Positions 8,210 to 18,744 of a stretch of DNA of 64,000 nucleotides are shown in pieces. The DNA comes from a virus. Numbering within the stretch: position 1 is the first letter of the stretch; each line of letters begins with the position of its first letter. The notes below the pieces were generated by a model that saw only the letters and a list, made by a program, of their open reading frames with translations, was not told the origin of the DNA and made no database searches. The position numbers were made by a program, and so were the translations under genes. The stretch covers positions 32,001-96,000 of IMG/VR virus record IMGVR_UViG_3300025789_000024; one strand, written 5' to 3'.

Positions 8210-10921
8210 ATGGCTGACGTATTAAATGAAGATGACAGCATTAACTCAACTGCCAATACTCCTGCTGATGAAGACAGTGGGCAAGCATCATCTAACCCTA
8301 GCGATGGTACAGCACCTAGTAGTAATAACACCGCAGATGTAAATAATAATCCTACAAACAATAGTGCCAACAATTCTGCAGGACCTACTAATATAAATGG
8401 TTCTGCTGATGCAAAGCCGGGCAAAAGATTAAAAAATCCTTTAGGACAATTTGCAAGCTACACATATCAAATTAGCTTGTATATGATTACTCCTGATGCA
8501 TATGATGCATTCGTGTTAAGCGGTAGAAAAAATATTAATGCATTCAGAGACAGTAACGCAACTTTCATTAATGAAAACGGTGATCCTGAAGCTGCACAAG
8601 GTGGCGCATTTTTAATTGCACAAAGCGGTGGCATCAACAACACAACTGATGATAGAGCCCCTGGATTCAACTTTGATTATGGAATTGATAATTTAACATT
8701 TGCTACCAGTGTAGGTGCCGAAGAAAACGGAACATCAACCAATACTACTGACATTAAGTTTAATATTACAGAGCCATATGGGTTTTCATTTATTACTAAA
8801 TTAAAAGCTGCCAATCAATCACTTGCCGCGTATGCACAATCAAACGGCAATAACACACCCCAAAATCCATTAAGGAATTTCTACATATTGGGTGTAAGAT
8901 TTTACGGATACGATCAAAATGGTACTCTATTAACAGGAAACGAAAATTTTGCAGGAGGATTGTTAGATCCAAATGCACAAGGTACACAAGGTGGACTATT
9001 CACTAAGTACTGGGATATACAAATCAACAAAATGAATTTCAAAATTGATGGTAAAGCCGTAATTTACAGTGCTGAAGCATCAATACTAACTACACAAACT
9101 GCATGTACATTAAAAAGAGGCATGATTAATCACGATACTAGTATTACTGCAAATACAGTAGACGAAGCATTGGGTAAATTATTTAAAACATTAAATGACC
9201 AAGAGCAAGCACTGGTTCAAAACGGTAGTAAAGGTATCGCTAACACTTATAATTGGGCGTACAATGATGTTGCAGAAACTGATATCGGTGCCTCAAGCAT
9301 AGTTTCTCCTGCAGACTTAGACAAGTACAAATGGCCTGGTAGTGGTGCACAAACACCAACACAATCTAATCCTGCGACTGAAACTAAACAAGTACCAAAG
9401 AATGATAAAAGAACATTGTCATGGAATCAAGACACCCCGTTATTGCAGGCAATTGAAGACATTATTAAAATTAGTTCATATTTAGAAGATGCGCTTATTG
9501 CAGTATATAGTACTGCATTAGAAACAAACCCTCAAAAAGATGCACCACCTGAAGTAACCAATTCTGGCAAAAAACCCATCAGATGGTATAATTGTAGCCC
9601 ATCAATTGCTAATCCCAGATGGGATAATGTAGTGAATGACTGGGCGTTTGACATGACATTTATTATTTCTACATATGAAACACCTGTGATTAATGCAGCG
9701 TATGCACATGCAGGATCAGCATATTACGGTCCGCATAAAAGATATGAGTATTGGTATACAGGTCAAAACACTGAAATACTACACTATGAACAAAACATGG
9801 ATACAACATATAGTGTTATTGTTTTAGGTGCAGCAACTGATAGCCAAACCAATGCGGCAACTAATAGTTCAAGTAATACCGGCGGTAATAATCCAAGTGC
9901 AAGCGCACCCCAAGGTCCAGGAAATTCATTACATGGACCAAGCGAAGTGCCTATTATTGTTGACAGAAGAACCAGTCAACCTCGTTTAGGTAAATTGGGT
10001 GTGGGTATGGAAGCACAAAATAACTTTGTCACAGCAATGAATGATAAATCTGCATTAGCAACAGCTACAGTTCAGATTTTAGGGGACCCTGATTTTTTAA
10101 TGACTCCAACAAATGACAGTTTAAAAGGTGTGTACAGTAGATTTTATGGTACTGACGGGTATACTATAAACCCTAACGGAGGGCAAGTCTTTATTGAAAT
10201 TAATTTCAAAGAAGCAATAGATTACAATTGGACTGATACCAACATACAAGATAACACTGGGGTATCGCATACCGCGCAAGGTGGCATATTAGATATCAAC
10301 GATTCTATTTTATTTTGGAAGTACCCAGACGTTATACAAAAAGACATTGACAGCAGAGGTGGTGGCATAAGTTACAAACTTATCACAGTTGATAGTGTTT
10401 TTTCTAATGGTAAATTTACTCAAACTTTGCATTGCCAAGTAAATGACTTTGCCGATAGTGCTGCACTAACAGATGGTTCAGGTAGAGAAAATGAAAATAC
10501 TCCCACTACGCCAGCTCAAACAAACGGTGGTCCTAATCCCGGCGGAGGTAATACTTCTACAAGTAATACTGGTTTGGTATCAGATAACCCATCTAATCAA
10601 ACACAGCCTGCAATTCAAACACATAATCCAGTTACTGGAGTAGAACAACCAACAGCACCCGTATCAACTACAGGCAGCAACTCACCTAATCCAAACGTGA
10701 TAACAGATAGCCAATCATCTACTAGAACAGTAACAGTAACTAATGCAGACGGTACAACTACTACAACAACCACTGTAACTAACACTTCATCTAGTGTTAC
10801 TGGTGGAGGTGCAACACTTATAACAGCATCCGGTGCACAAATTATTTCGCCAACCAATAATGTAGTAGCAGATGATGATGGCGGTGTGATACCACCTAGA
10901 TTAGGTCCAGGAGGCCCATAA
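8210..10921 (+). CDS. Baseplate hub protein (gp27/GpD-like) with low-complexity termini
   Basis: Lies between the LysM-like and gp5-like genes, with ATVQILGDP and YKLITVDSVFSNGKFTQTL motifs typical of hub C-termini. Confidence 0.6.
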   Translation: MADVLNEDDSINSTANTPADEDSGQASSNPSDGTAPSSNNTADVNNNPTNNSANNSAGPTNINGSADAKPGKRLKNPLGQFASYTYQISLYMITPDAYDAFVLSGRKNINAFRDSNATFINENGDPEAAQGGAFLIAQSGGINNTTDDRAPGFNFDYGIDNLTFATSVGAEENGTSTNTTDIKFNITEPYGFSFITKLKAANQSLAAYAQSNGNNTPQNPLRNFYILGVRFYGYDQNGTLLTGNENFAGGLLDPNAQGTQGGLFTKYWDIQINKMNFKIDGKAVIYSAEASILTTQTACTLKRGMINHDTSITANTVDEALGKLFKTLNDQEQALVQNGSKGIANTYNWAYNDVAETDIGASSIVSPADLDKYKWPGSGAQTPTQSNPATETKQVPKNDKRTLSWNQDTPLLQAIEDIIKISSYLEDALIAVYSTALETNPQKDAPPEVTNSGKKPIRWYNCSPSIANPRWDNVVNDWAFDMTFIISTYETPVINAAYAHAGSAYYGPHKRYEYWYTGQNTEILHYEQNMDTTYSVIVLGAATDSQTNAATNSSSNTGGNNPSASAPQGPGNSLHGPSEVPIIVDRRTSQPRLGKLGVGMEAQNNFVTAMNDKSALATATVQILGDPDFLMTPTNDSLKGVYSRFYGTDGYTINPNGGQVFIEINFKEAIDYNWTDTNIQDNTGVSHTAQGGILDINDSILFWKYPDVIQKDIDSRGGGISYKLITVDSVFSNGKFTQTLHCQVNDFADSAALTDGSGRENENTPTTPAQTNGGPNPGGGNTSTSNTGLVSDNPSNQTQPAIQTHNPVTGVEQPTAPVSTTGSNSPNPNVITDSQSSTRTVTVTNADGTTTTTTTVTNTSSSVTGGGATLITASGAQIISPTNNVVADDDGGVIPPRLGPGGP

Positions 10922-13900
10922 TGGCAGAAGACGTATTTAAACCCAGAGGCCCGACCAAAGCAAGCAGACCTGATGCGGGTGGCGGGAATACTCGCACAGT
11001 TCCAGTACTGGCTATAGTAAAAGATAACATTGATCCTACTAGATCAGGTAAACTCAGAGTTTATATTGGAGATAAAGGCGGCGCCAAATCAGATAATGCT
11101 GATTCTTGGGTAACAGTAAATTACATGAGCACCTTCTTTGGTCAAGTTATACCGCAGGCAGGTGATAGTGGTTACGGAGATTATAAAAATAATCCAAGTT
11201 CATACGGTGAATGGCATGCACCACCTGACATAGGTACAACTGTAGTTTGTATTTTTATTAACGGTGATCCTAACTATGGGTTCTACATAGGATGTGTGCC
11301 TGATGCAAGCGCATTACAAATGGTTCCTGCAATCGGAGCAACTGATAATGTTATTCCCAATGAAGGTGAAGCACAAAGTTACGGTGGCGCAACTAGACTA
11401 CCAGTAACAAATATCAACACAAACAATCAAAGTGTTTCAGATAGTCCTGATTTCATATCTGCACCAAAACCTATACATAGTTATGTTGCAAGTATCATGA
11501 ATCAACAGGGTATTATTCGTGATCCAATTCGAGGCCCAATATCAAGTAGTGCACAACGTGAACCTGCAAGTAGAGTAGGTTGGGGAGTAAGCACACCCGG
11601 TAGACCTATCTATTCAGGTGGTTACACCGATGAAAGCATAGCAAGTAATTTAACAGAACAGCAAGCACAACAATTAAAAGTAGTCGCACGAAGAGGTGGG
11701 CACTCAATTGTTATGGACGATGGAGATATTATTGGTCGTGACCAATTAATTAGAATTAGAACATCACTTGGACATCAAATATTAATGAGTGACGACGGTC
11801 AAACATTAATGATTCTACATTCAAATGGACAAAGTTATATTGAATTGGGTAAAGAAGGTACAATTGATATGTACTCAACTAACTCAGTCAATATTAGAAC
11901 TCAAGGAGATTTGAATTTACACGCAGACAACAATATTAATTTACATGCTGCTAAAGACATGAACTTTAAAGCAACTAACTTTAATGTTAATACCGATCAA
12001 GCAATTGCTCTTGGGGCAACAACTGACATTCAAATGTCAGCAATTAATAATGTTACTGCTTTAGCAGGCGCCGCACTTGCACTAAGTGCCGGCGGAGATG
12101 GATCATTAGCAGCCGGCGGAGATGCATATATTAATGGTAGCAAAGTAAATTTAAATTCAGGCTCAGCAAGCACACAACCGCAACAAGTTGCTGCAATTCC
12201 TATTCTTGCACAAACTGATACGTTGTATGACAAAACAACAGGGTTTTCTGCTGCACCGGGTAAACTATTGTCAATAACTTCACGTGCCCCGGCACATGCA
12301 CCATGGGCTAACGCAGGTCAAGGGGTAAATGTATCTTCTAACTTAGATTCTGATGCTAATTTACCATCACAACCTAACTCTGCTGTTGCGGCTGCAAACA
12401 ATGCAGGTGCAGAAACAAACCCAACCCCAGTTGCATTAGCAACTGCTGCCAGTGCACCTAGTGTTCCTGCAATTTCAGGGGCACTAGATTCTTCAACAAC
12501 CAATGCCCTATTAGGTGCACAAGCACAAGCCGCTGCCACAGGCCCATTAGCAGCCGCTACACAACAAGGTGCTGCTATCGTATCAACAGCGGCGGGTAAT
12601 GTAGCCGCAGTTGGTGCATTTGCACAAACACCCAATCAATTAGCGAATGCAGGTATATTGAAACCGGGTTCGGGTACTCTTATTAACGGTCTTATCCAAT
12701 CAGGGTCTAGTATTACGCAAGCAATGCCAAATGCACTGTTTACAGGGTCACCCGGTGCACAAAACTTAACGCAGTTAACGTCAAGTGTGTCCGCCCAGTC
12801 ACTTGGTGTTGTAAATAATTTACAACAAGCACAAACAGGCTTGGCATTAACAGGTGTGTTAACCGGAAAAGAAGCGCCTACTCAAGTTGCAGGTTTAGTA
12901 AATGCAGCATCAATTGCAGGGCTAGGCCCAACTGTAGGGGCAGTACAAAGTTTATCAGGAGGCGCATCTGGTTTAGTAACAAGCGCAGTAGGCTTTAGTG
13001 GAGGCAGTGTATCACAATCTGCATTAAGTGCAATCGGATCAGGAAGTGCAGCCGCCGGCGTAGCAAGCGCAACGGGCGGATTTGGTGGAATTTCAAGTGC
13101 CTTAGGAGCAATGGCAGCAGTGCCTTCGCTAACTGGATTATTAAATTTAAGTCAAGGTGTATCTGGCTCGGCATTCAATGCAATTAAAAATCAGTTTAAA
13201 CCTATGAGAGCGGGAATACCACAAAACTTAACACAAATTGCATCACAATCAGCAGTATCAAGCGCAGTGGTGTCTGGTCAAGGGCTTGGTGGTAGTTTAC
13301 TATCAGGCATTGCTGGTGGTGCAGTGGGAGGATTGGTAGGAACAGCATTAAGTGGATCAGTTAGCGGAGCCACTGCAGTGGGAATTAGTAGCACTGTCGG
13401 TGGTGCAGTTGGTAGTTTAGTAAGCAAAGCACTTAACTCTTTGACAGGACTATCGTCAGCCTCTTCAATAGCTAATGGATCATTAGGATCATCTACCAAT
13501 ATATCAGGGGCAATCAACAATAGTATACCTGGTGTTACTGGATTGTCAACATCAGTTACAAATGCATTAGGTTCTGTACCAAATCCATTAAATTCAACAT
13601 CTGCATCATTGGGTTCTATCGGCGGGGTAACTGGACTTATAAGCCAAACAACAGGAGTAAATCCTATAGGTACTAACAATATATTGGCTGCAGCAACTCA
13701 AAATGTTAATACTGTAACTGCATTAAATGGTGCAGGGACATCGTTGGCTTCCGGTGGTTTAGCACAACTTGCATCTTCTGCAACAATATTACAATCAGGA
13801 GCGGCTGGCAGCGCGGCTTCATCTTTGGCTAGTGGCATGAGTAATTTACCAGGTGGTGTAAATGTTGCCGGAGCAGTAGTTGATAACGCTACTAATGCAG

Positions 13901-14811
13901 TAAACTCATTGCCCGGCGCCGGCTCTCTAACAGGTTTAATTGGGTCAGCACAAAGTGCAGCCATGAACGGACTACCAATGCCAAGTTTACCAAGTGGGTT
14001 GGGGTCATTGTCAAGTTTAGCAAGTACCGGGCTAAGTGTAGGTGATGCGGCATCATTACAATCATCTATTTCATCATTAAGTTCAGGAACAGCAGGGGCA
14101 ATTCAGTTACCAACATTTGGTATTAATACAACTGATAGAACCGCAATAACTGATCAAATCGGCTCTGTTTTAGGTGATCCTAGCATTCCTCCCCCAAATC
14201 TAGTTGGATCTATATCTACTGCTTCCGTAAACGAAATCGATGCACTAAATCAAGCACAACAGCAAGCAACAGCACAGGCAGACGAAATTGACCAGTATCA
14301 ACAAAGAATAGCAGAGGCTTTACAAGCATATTATAATGCACAAGGTACATTACCTCAAGGTGATCCTGGTATTGATAAAGCATTGCAAGAGTTTTTAGCG
14401 GTGAAAAATGATCCTAATTATATAGCATTAGTAGCCCAACTAGAAGCTGACACTAGTGTTGATATTCCTTCGGTCGCAGGTGCCGCAGAAACAACTGCGT
14501 CTATTAATTCAAGCGCCAATGAAACTTCTATTAATGGATTGATTGCGTCTGGTGAAGGAGCATTTGGATCAAGTTTATCTAATTTAGGATCATTAAGTGG
14601 CATTGCAAGTTCAGTTTCTACCGGTAGTGAATCATTGACTTCATTGATTAATAACCCGTCTGCATTGACTAATCTGAGTTCTACCGCAGGAACTGCATTG
14701 GGATCGGTGGCAGGTCAAAGTGCAACTTCATTGCAAGCATTACAGGCTTCAGCATCATCAAATGTGCAAGCCATCAATAATTCTATTTCAGGTATCATAG
14801 GTCCTGCGTAA
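10921..14811 (+). CDS. gp5: Baseplate central spike (gp5/VgrG-like OB-fold plus beta-helix) with a long Gly/Ser/Ala-rich C-terminal extension
   Basis: VKDNIDPTRSGKLRVYI...PPDIGTTVVCIF OB-fold, then GHSIVMDD / GHQILMSD / SYIELGKEG beta-helix repeats; lies upstream of gp25. Confidence 0.8.
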   Translation: MAEDVFKPRGPTKASRPDAGGGNTRTVPVLAIVKDNIDPTRSGKLRVYIGDKGGAKSDNADSWVTVNYMSTFFGQVIPQAGDSGYGDYKNNPSSYGEWHAPPDIGTTVVCIFINGDPNYGFYIGCVPDASALQMVPAIGATDNVIPNEGEAQSYGGATRLPVTNINTNNQSVSDSPDFISAPKPIHSYVASIMNQQGIIRDPIRGPISSSAQREPASRVGWGVSTPGRPIYSGGYTDESIASNLTEQQAQQLKVVARRGGHSIVMDDGDIIGRDQLIRIRTSLGHQILMSDDGQTLMILHSNGQSYIELGKEGTIDMYSTNSVNIRTQGDLNLHADNNINLHAAKDMNFKATNFNVNTDQAIALGATTDIQMSAINNVTALAGAALALSAGGDGSLAAGGDAYINGSKVNLNSGSASTQPQQVAAIPILAQTDTLYDKTTGFSAAPGKLLSITSRAPAHAPWANAGQGVNVSSNLDSDANLPSQPNSAVAAANNAGAETNPTPVALATAASAPSVPAISGALDSSTTNALLGAQAQAAATGPLAAATQQGAAIVSTAAGNVAAVGAFAQTPNQLANAGILKPGSGTLINGLIQSGSSITQAMPNALFTGSPGAQNLTQLTSSVSAQSLGVVNNLQQAQTGLALTGVLTGKEAPTQVAGLVNAASIAGLGPTVGAVQSLSGGASGLVTSAVGFSGGSVSQSALSAIGSGSAAAGVASATGGFGGISSALGAMAAVPSLTGLLNLSQGVSGSAFNAIKNQFKPMRAGIPQNLTQIASQSAVSSAVVSGQGLGGSLLSGIAGGAVGGLVGTALSGSVSGATAVGISSTVGGAVGSLVSKALNSLTGLSSASSIANGSLGSSTNISGAINNSIPGVTGLSTSVTNALGSVPNPLNSTSASLGSIGGVTGLISQTTGVNPIGTNNILAAATQNVNTVTALNGAGTSLASGGLAQLASSATILQSGAAGSAASSLASGMSNLPGGVNVAGAVVDNATNAVNSLPGAGSLTGLIGSAQSAAMNGLPMPSLPSGLGSLSSLASTGLSVGDAASLQSSISSLSSGTAGAIQLPTFGINTTDRTAITDQIGSVLGDPSIPPPNLVGSISTASVNEIDALNQAQQQATAQADEIDQYQQRIAEALQAYYNAQGTLPQGDPGIDKALQEFLAVKNDPNYIALVAQLEADTSVDIPSVAGAAETTASINSSANETSINGLIASGEGAFGSSLSNLGSLSGIASSVSTGSESLTSLINNPSALTNLSSTAGTALGSVAGQSATSLQALQASASSNVQAINNSISGIIGPA

Positions 14812-14818
14812 AAAATAG

Positions 14819-14826
14819 AATAAATA
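14819..14826 (+). promoter_or_regulatory. Late promoter box AATAAATA
   Basis: 4 nt upstream of the gp25 ATG, no SD. Confidence 0.6.
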
Positions 14827-14830
14827 CTGT

Positions 14831-15292
14831 ATGGCACAATATATTGGATTCAGTACAATCAATGCATGTCTACCCCAGACAACAAATAATGTTTCTGGGT
14901 TAGCTGCCCGCTCCCTAGACGGTGGCTTGGGATTACAACAACCGTTAAATCCTGGAAAAAAGTTTCGCTTACTTAACAGTCAATTAGTAGTGCAAGATTT
15001 AATAAATGCATTAAACATCAGACAGGGTGAAAAAGTAGGACAACCTAACTACGGTAGTGCTGTTTGGAATTTTCTATTTGACCCGAATACAGTTGATGTT
15101 CAAAATCAATTAAAAAACGAAATTAAACGTGTAGCATCACAAGACCCACGAATCATTTTAAATAATGTAAATGCTTTTCCTAAAGAAAATGGCATACTAG
15201 TTGAAATAGAAATGGCGGTCGCTCCCTTTAATAATGCGTCATTATTAAGTATATTTTTTAATCAATCAACTAATACTGCTGCCGTAGTTTAA
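14831..15292 (+). CDS. gp25: Baseplate wedge subunit (gp25/GpW-like)
   Basis: LINALNIRQGEKVGQPNYGS.VWNFLFDP...DPRI motif. Confidence 0.88.
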   Translation: MAQYIGFSTINACLPQTTNNVSGLAARSLDGGLGLQQPLNPGKKFRLLNSQLVVQDLINALNIRQGEKVGQPNYGSAVWNFLFDPNTVDVQNQLKNEIKRVASQDPRIILNNVNAFPKENGILVEIEMAVAPFNNASLLSIFFNQSTNTAAVV

Positions 15293-15315
15293 TCAAAAAC
15301 CAAGTTTTTGAGAAT

Positions 15316-15323
15316 GATAAATA
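15316..15323 (+). promoter_or_regulatory. Late promoter box GATAAATA
   Basis: Intergenic, upstream of the gp6-like gene. Confidence 0.6.
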
Positions 15324-15341
15324 TATTAAAAGAGAGACTCT

Positions 15342-18300
15342 ATGGCAACCAGTTCAAGACAAGCGGCATTATTCGGACTCAATGATTGGCAATCATTCTA
15401 CCAAACCTATTCCGCGGCTAACTTTCAGAGTTATGATTATGAAACATTACGTAAGAGTTTCATTGATTATCTACAACTTTACTACCCAGAAACTTTCAAT
15501 GACTACACAGAATCTAGTGAATTTATTGCATTACTAGACGTTATGGCGTTCATGGGCCAGGGTCTTGCCTTTAGAAATGACTTGAACAGTCGTGAAAACT
15601 TTATTGATACCGCAGAACGTAGAGATAGTGTTATCAAACTAGCAAATCTAGTTAGCTATGTTCCAAAACGCAACATCGCCGGTCAAGGGTTTATCAAAGT
15701 AACTAGTGTTAGCACTACACAAAATATCTCAGATATCAATGGCTTAAATTTAAGCAACTTGCAAGTTTTGTGGAATGATCCTGCTAACCCAAATTGGTTA
15801 GAACAATTCAACACTATTATCAATGCAGCACTAATCACATCACAACGTGTTGGTAAACCGGGCAACTCACAAGATATTTTAGGTGTTACTACCAGTGAAT
15901 ACAGTATTCAAATCCCAAGCACATCATTGCCGGTAGTGCCATTCAATGCAACAGTTGACAATCAAAATATGAACTTTGAATTGGTTAGTGCAAGTAGTGT
16001 TGGCAAAGATTATGTGTATGAAGTTCCACCTAGCCCATCAGGCAAGTTTAACATACTATATCGCAATGACAAATTGGGCTTTGGTAGTCCTAACACAGGA
16101 TTCTTTTTCTACTTTGTCCAGGGTAGTTTATTGAACTATGACTTTACATTGCAGCAACAAATTTCTAATCAAAATGTTCCAATTGGAAACATTCAAGGTA
16201 TTAACAATAGTGATACATGGTTATATAAATTAAATACTGACGGAACTAGAACACCTTGGGTTCAAGTTGACAACGTATATGCAAATGCTCAATTGCAAAC
16301 AGAATTTTCTAACAAAGATATTTTTTCGGTTACATCAGGATTCAATGATAGTGTAACTTATATCTTTGGTGATGGTGTGTTCTCTGCTATTCCTGTAGGA
16401 AACTTCAGAGCATATGTTCGTTCAGGTAACGCATTAACATATGTAATTCAACCTAGTGAAATGAATGGCATTAGTGTGTCATTTAGTTACATCGACCAAA
16501 CTGGTCGTGCACAAACAATTACATTTGGGTTGACATTGACGCAAACAGTAAGTACTGCCCAAGCGAGAGAAACATTAGCAAGCATTAAACAACGTGCGCC
16601 AACTCGCTACTATACACAAAATCGTATGGTTAACGGTCAAGATTACAATGATTTTCCATACTCACTATATAGTTCAATTATCAAGAGTAAGGCTATCAAT
16701 CGTAGTAGCATAGGTACATCAAAGAGTTTAGACTTGCTTGACCCTACAGGTAAATTCTCAAGCATCAATTGTTTTGGTGATGATGGTGCATTGTATCAAG
16801 ATAGTACACCTGGCTTCTATCAATTAGCATATAATAACACCAGTGATATCATTGGATTCTTTACTAGTGCATTGTCATCAGTATTGGCAGCAAATAGAGC
16901 AGTTCAATATTATATTCAAAATTACCCTAGATATGCAATTAACTCATCTACAGTTACTGGTTCTCCTGTTTACTGGAGTACAGCGCAAGTTAACGCAAGC
17001 AATGAATCTGGTTACTTTTATGAAATCAACGGTGCATTAGACATACCTCAACCAATTGGCATTTATGCAACAAGCAATCTGCAATATTTGACTATTGGGG
17101 CATTGATACAATTTACAGCACCATCTGGTTATTACTTTGATAGTAGTAATAGATTGCAAGCCGGCATACCCGGTAATGGTGATAGCACAACATTATGGTC
17201 AACTATTACTAATGTTGTTGGTGATGGTAGCAACAGCGGTACTGGTAATTTTAGTAACGGTACAGGACCTGTAACACTAAGTGGCTATGTTCCAGACGGA
17301 GTTATTTTAACTCAAGTAATCCCCACATTTAGTAATGCAGTTCCTACTACAGTAATTCAAGAATGTGTTACCTTGATGGAATTACAACAGAACTTTAGTC
17401 TAAGATTTGATAATTCAATTCCTATCAATCAACAACGTTGGTTTATTGAAGATATTAATTATCCAAATAGCTTTGTTCAATTCCAAAGCGTTGGTAATAA
17501 CATTTATTCTATCACATATCAAGCATTAACATATTATTTTGGTAGTGTAGCAAGCACACGCTTTGCATTCAATCCTAATCAAGTTGTATTTGATCCTTAT
17601 TCAGGTAAGATACTACAAGACTTTGTTAATATCTTACAAGTAAATTCCGCTCCAGGATCAAGTCAGCCATTGGGAGAAGATGTGGTAGTTAACATTCTTG
17701 GCCAAACTGTTCAAAGTGATGGTTATGTAGATGACTTCCAAGTTGAGGTTTCAACAACTAGTGTTAACAATAATCAATTGATATTAAGTCCTGACTTCTT
17801 TAATCAAGTCACTGGATATGTAAACGGTGGAACAAACATTGGTGTGTATGTGTTCTTCCAAATTGTTACTGACCCACTAAACTTACAACAAAACTATATT
17901 ATTCCTACAAGTAATGTATGTTATACGTACCCCACGCTTACACAAATTGAAGTAAACAAATATCAATATCCTGTTGGACAGTTATTTTTTGCATATAGTG
18001 AAACTAATGCACAAGGTACTACTGGTAATTTCTATGTATCTGTACAAGATCCAACTGTAATTACCCCGTCATATTCAATGGTACTACAAACAAATTACAC
18101 TTGGAAAGCAGGTCGTCAAGGTCTTGCATTCCAATATCGTCACAACAGTAATAACACAACTAGAATTGATCCGGTAACAACAAACATTATTGATTTATAT
18201 GTTGTAACTCAGTCATACTATACTGCTTACACGCAATGGGTTACTGACATTACCAATACAGTTCCTTATCCAAACATGCCTACTATCAATGAACTAACAC

Positions 18301-18743
18301 AAGAGTACGGTGAATTGGATAACTATAAAATGTTGAGTGATGCACTAATATTAAATAGTGTAGTGTTCAAACCTTTGTTTGGACCTAAAGCAAATAGTGC
18401 GTTGCAAGCAACAATCAAAGTTGTTGCGAACCCAACAACTAATGCAAGTGATAGTGAAATTAGAAGTGCTGTATTGACTGCAATGAATAATTATTTTAAC
18501 ATTAACAATTGGAATTTTGGAGACACGTTCTACTTTAGTGAATTGGCTTCATATTTGCACAACGAATGCGGAGACTTAATTAGTTCTGCGGTGTTAGTGC
18601 CAAATGATCCAAGTCAACCTTTTGGAACACTATACGAAATCAAATGTTTACCGTATGAAATTTTTGTTAATGCTGCGGTACCAAACTCGGTGGTAGTAAT
18701 ACCAGCAAACACCCCTGCGCAACTACAGGTAGGATATTTATAA
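15342..18743 (+). CDS. gp6: Baseplate wedge subunit (gp6-like)
   Basis: YDYETLR..FIDYL...FNDYTESSEF...ENFIDTAERRDSV..LA..VSY.PKR, FGDGVFS.IP and ETLASIKQRAP..YYTQNRMV..QDY motifs. Confidence 0.88.
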   Translation: MATSSRQAALFGLNDWQSFYQTYSAANFQSYDYETLRKSFIDYLQLYYPETFNDYTESSEFIALLDVMAFMGQGLAFRNDLNSRENFIDTAERRDSVIKLANLVSYVPKRNIAGQGFIKVTSVSTTQNISDINGLNLSNLQVLWNDPANPNWLEQFNTIINAALITSQRVGKPGNSQDILGVTTSEYSIQIPSTSLPVVPFNATVDNQNMNFELVSASSVGKDYVYEVPPSPSGKFNILYRNDKLGFGSPNTGFFFYFVQGSLLNYDFTLQQQISNQNVPIGNIQGINNSDTWLYKLNTDGTRTPWVQVDNVYANAQLQTEFSNKDIFSVTSGFNDSVTYIFGDGVFSAIPVGNFRAYVRSGNALTYVIQPSEMNGISVSFSYIDQTGRAQTITFGLTLTQTVSTAQARETLASIKQRAPTRYYTQNRMVNGQDYNDFPYSLYSSIIKSKAINRSSIGTSKSLDLLDPTGKFSSINCFGDDGALYQDSTPGFYQLAYNNTSDIIGFFTSALSSVLAANRAVQYYIQNYPRYAINSSTVTGSPVYWSTAQVNASNESGYFYEINGALDIPQPIGIYATSNLQYLTIGALIQFTAPSGYYFDSSNRLQAGIPGNGDSTTLWSTITNVVGDGSNSGTGNFSNGTGPVTLSGYVPDGVILTQVIPTFSNAVPTTVIQECVTLMELQQNFSLRFDNSIPINQQRWFIEDINYPNSFVQFQSVGNNIYSITYQALTYYFGSVASTRFAFNPNQVVFDPYSGKILQDFVNILQVNSAPGSSQPLGEDVVVNILGQTVQSDGYVDDFQVEVSTTSVNNNQLILSPDFFNQVTGYVNGGTNIGVYVFFQIVTDPLNLQQNYIIPTSNVCYTYPTLTQIEVNKYQYPVGQLFFAYSETNAQGTTGNFYVSVQDPTVITPSYSMVLQTNYTWKAGRQGLAFQYRHNSNNTTRIDPVTTNIIDLYVVTQSYYTAYTQWVTDITNTVPYPNMPTINELTQEYGELDNYKMLSDALILNSVVFKPLFGPKANSALQATIKVVANPTTNASDSEIRSAVLTAMNNYFNINNWNFGDTFYFSELASYLHNECGDLISSAVLVPNDPSQPFGTLYEIKCLPYEIFVNAAVPNSVVVIPANTPAQLQVGYL

Positions 18744-18744
18744 T

